From Eledone cirrhosa (Eukaryota): a DNA stretch of 64,000 nucleotides. Shown here one piece after another: positions 60,606-64,000 of the stretch. A program made the position numbers and the translations under genes. Below the pieces are notes generated by a model. The model was not told the origin of the DNA, searched no databases, and saw only the letters and a program-made list of their open reading frames with translations. The DNA is taken from contig OZ024751.1 in NCBI GenBank assembly GCA_964016885.1, positions 32,860,001 to 32,924,000 on the forward strand. Direction: 5' to 3'. Every line of letters begins with the position of its first letter. The stretch's first letter is position 1.

Positions 60606-63239
60606 CTGATATAAAACACGGCAGTAACATACGAGACAACTCATGATGTAGGCACACTATATAGACATAACAGAAACTGGTATTATTCTTCATAAAGGAA
60701 AATCACGGAATAAAATAACGAGTGTTTTGAATTGTCTCAATGAAGATAAGCATGGCTAGTTGGTTAATATGCTTGTTTTGTATCCAGAAGCTTCAGTTGA
60801 CCAAACGAAGGTTTATAGTCTCTAGATGAGATAATTCTTGAGACCATTAGTTTAATTTGAACCATCTTAAATTTGATCGTGTTACAATACCCCCAGAGAG
60901 ATGGAGTTTGGCAGATTGAAATGAGTTTTATATGATTTAAAACCAAAATATAGCAGCTTCGTTTTCCATATCTAATCTTATAGGATTTTGATTTTTATAT
61001 CTACTGTTTGTGGTGGTGTTTTGTTACAAATAGAAGTGTTTCTTCTTAAGAGTCCTACCATCCCACAGGGAAATACACTCCAGTCTTTTGTCTGTCATTT
61101 TAGTGTCCAGAGAAGAGCGTAGTTTGTCAAATCTGAATTAAGACTGTATTGATAAAAGTCTTATTGATATTATTGTTTTATTCTTAGAAATGAACTTTGT
61201 TATAGATCGAATTATATTATTGAACATTGTTGCTCTTTTCCCCTCCTATTTCTATGATGAGACAATGAAAAGGAGAAATCACCTACTATTCTCTCCTGAT
61301 TAAGATGTGAGTAATAACAAAATTGTTAAACTGTATATTGTGCTTTGTTAGACATTTATGAGTCTCTTCGAGCGATTATGCCAATGGAATTTCATCATTG
61401 AATATAATGCCACTGTGACTTGCTCGTTAAATCACCAGTAGCTCCAGCCAAAGCGAACGATTGTTAGAGGTGGTGAACTATTTCCGATATTGCAAGGAAA
61501 TTGTCGCTGAGGGTATACTGTTAATCAATATATTGACCGTCATGTAAACTACTTTCGATAATATATGTCAGCTTTAGATCAATGAAAACTAATCATAGAA
61601 GTGAAACACGTTCTAATAGCATTATAATCATTACTTAATCAAAATAGCTCAGGACTAAATATAGTTAATAACGAATTCATTACCATGACGACTTCTATTG
61701 CATTTAGTCTGTCAATTCAGGAAAAAAGAAAAAGAAATTGTCAAGCGTAGAAATTGTTAATTACATCAATATTTTAATGAATGTGTGGTATGCATTACGT
61801 TTAAAACTACCACATTCGGCTCAGTTTTTGTGTGCACATTTAGTGTTGTGACTTCAGTCTTTGTTGCAATTGAAAGGAGCTTTAAAATACATGCAGTTAA
61901 TTTATTTCCCCACCACAATTTGCATTATGTTATCAGTAGAAATCATTCACTGATGCTGTGCTCACGTTTGCTATCACACATGCTAGACAAAATTGATTAC
62001 ACCTGGATATACAAAATGAATACTTCTGGCCTTGTGCAGGGTAGAAAGAGGACTCTGGTTTAATAATACGAAATGAAGAAGAATTTGGGTATACCAGAAA
62101 TAATAAAATGACCACAGCTATTATTGTTGACGATGAAAGGAAGACTTAAATTGGTTATACTAGTTAAGAAAAACTATTTTCTAATATACTATGTTACCTC
62201 TTATTTTCATCATTGATCTGCAATTTTCTATTTAACCCATTTAGACGGTTTGTTTTCAATATTATAAATATAGTCAAAATACAACTCTGGTGATGAGATA
62301 CTAACATGATCTCTTTCTCTGAAGGTATGGGTAAACTCCAGGTATAGTGGAGACAGCTGTACCTCTACATGGCTACACATTTCGGTTTTTATAAATTCTC
62401 TGTAAGGATCAGCTGGCAAGAATCTGAAGAAATCAATACATATATATATAGTGAGATAAATGAAGGGTATTTAATGACGCTTATTATAGATATCGATAAT
62501 GTATCAGAAAATACCCCGGGGGAGTATTGTGACTTATAAGATGTCGAAATGAACACTGGAGTTCAATTAGAATTGAAATTTCATTAGTAAAAGTACCGTC
62601 CTTTCGTTTGGCCCTCTGATAATAACGTTACCGCTGTGGGCAACATAGCATTGATATAAAACACTCGGGAAATTGGAGAAGATTTGGCAGCTTAACTCTT
62701 AGTAGAGAAGATATTGATTTAATTGAAAATAAAGCAAATTTCCAGGCAAATGAATTTAGTATAATTTTAGGATCTGTTCGATGTTTATTAATTGGTTTAC
62801 ATCATTGTTATTGAATGATTAAAATATTTGATTCTTTGCGTTATCCTGTTAATTCCTTTAGAGCGGAGATTATACAACTTTTCTTTTAATTCAGAAAGTT
62901 TCTTTTTCTTTATTTGTTTGTTCCAGATCGTTTCCTTTCGCTTTTGTTTCTTGCTGTTTATCTGCGTATGACGGAAGATAGCTCAATCAAATTCTGTGTG
63001 TTTAGTGTCATATTTGTAATGATATCGCTGGGAAGCAGGTAAACAAATATAAAAGTGATTAATGGGTGAAAGAGAACTAAAGGGAGATAAAGAAAGAGAG
63101 GAAGGGAGTGAGGGAGGTGGAGGGACAGAAAGAAAAGGAGAAAAGAGAGAACTAAAGGAAGATACATACAGAGAACAGTAAAACGAGACGAAGTATTCAA
63201 TATATCACAGAGAGAGAGTTAGTGGGATAGAGAAAACTC

Positions 63240-63297
63240 GAGAGAGAAAAATATAGAGAGCTAGAGAGAAAGAGAAAAACAACAAGTAAGAGAGAGA

Positions 63298-63365
<68 letters not shown>

Positions 63366-63390
63366 CGGACAGAGAGAATGGGAGAGGGGA
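63240..63390. repeat. (GA)n microsatellite / purine-rich tract
   Basis: Direct inspection. Confidence 0.9.
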
Positions 63391-64000
63391 AAAGTGTAAA
63401 ATGAAATTGAGAAGCAGAATGGAAGCAGAAAAAAAACAAAAGGAAAAGCAAAAGCGAAAAAAGAAAATGTTCAATAAATTTTAAACTCAAAAACAAAGAC
63501 ACAATTTGAATATAAGAAGGAGGTGGTGGCTGTAATGCCAGCGTACTTTCAGAACTAAACCAGACTAAGAAGAGGTGAAAATAGAAAGACAATGTCGAAA
63601 TAGAGAGGCCGGTCATTAAATTGATTATATTTTTGTTATAAATGACCGATTGTTTTGCATTATACGGTTGATCTGTTACTGAAACCTAAATAATCTCTCA
63701 TTATACCAAGTTTATTTCCAGTCGAATTTAATTTTACAGACCAGATACTGTTTTGTCAATCGTGACAAAAAGAGAAAATGATAACCTTTAATTTTCATGT
63801 GATTTAATATATTGTTTTACAGATTGCATGTGTTACATAGACTTGATACATGTTACAGTAGTGTCCTAGAGGTAACATGTGGTAAATGTTACAATGGTGT
63901 AATAGACGTAACATGTGGTACACGTTACATAGAGTGGCGTATTAAATGTAACTTGTGATACATGTTATTGGTGTAGTAGAAGTAACATGTGGTAGACATT

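Overview
AT-rich, microsatellite-dense animal DNA. The SINE families and repeat load look like an octopus/cephalopod genome (inference). Nearly all long ORFs in the track are translations of (TA)n/(TACA)n/(CAT)n repeats, not genes. Recognisable coding DNA is limited to two 5'-truncated, frameshifted non-LTR retrotransposons: an R4/Dong-type RT+CCHC+RLE element (19429-21917) and a CR1-group RT element (25255-27560), plus a weak mariner remnant. There are many tRNA-type SINE copies and possibly a minus-strand spliced host gene (low confidence). The main hidden signal is a set of small non-coding elements with type I hammerhead ribozyme folds, mostly in or beside TA repeats: (i) a 310-bp-period partial tandem with two identical minus-strand hammerheads (17851-18371); (ii) a roughly 700-nt-unit element with a canonical hammerhead and a predicted 7-bp loop-loop pseudoknot, arranged like a 5'-inverted, longer-than-unit retrocopy (58263-59189); (iii) fold-back palindromes with decayed hammerhead cores (2808-2941, 10743-10874, 60023-60214). 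Together these suggest retrozyme / Penelope-pLTR-like self-cleaving, possibly circular, RNA elements. All folds were derived by eye; no activity or database match has been checked.
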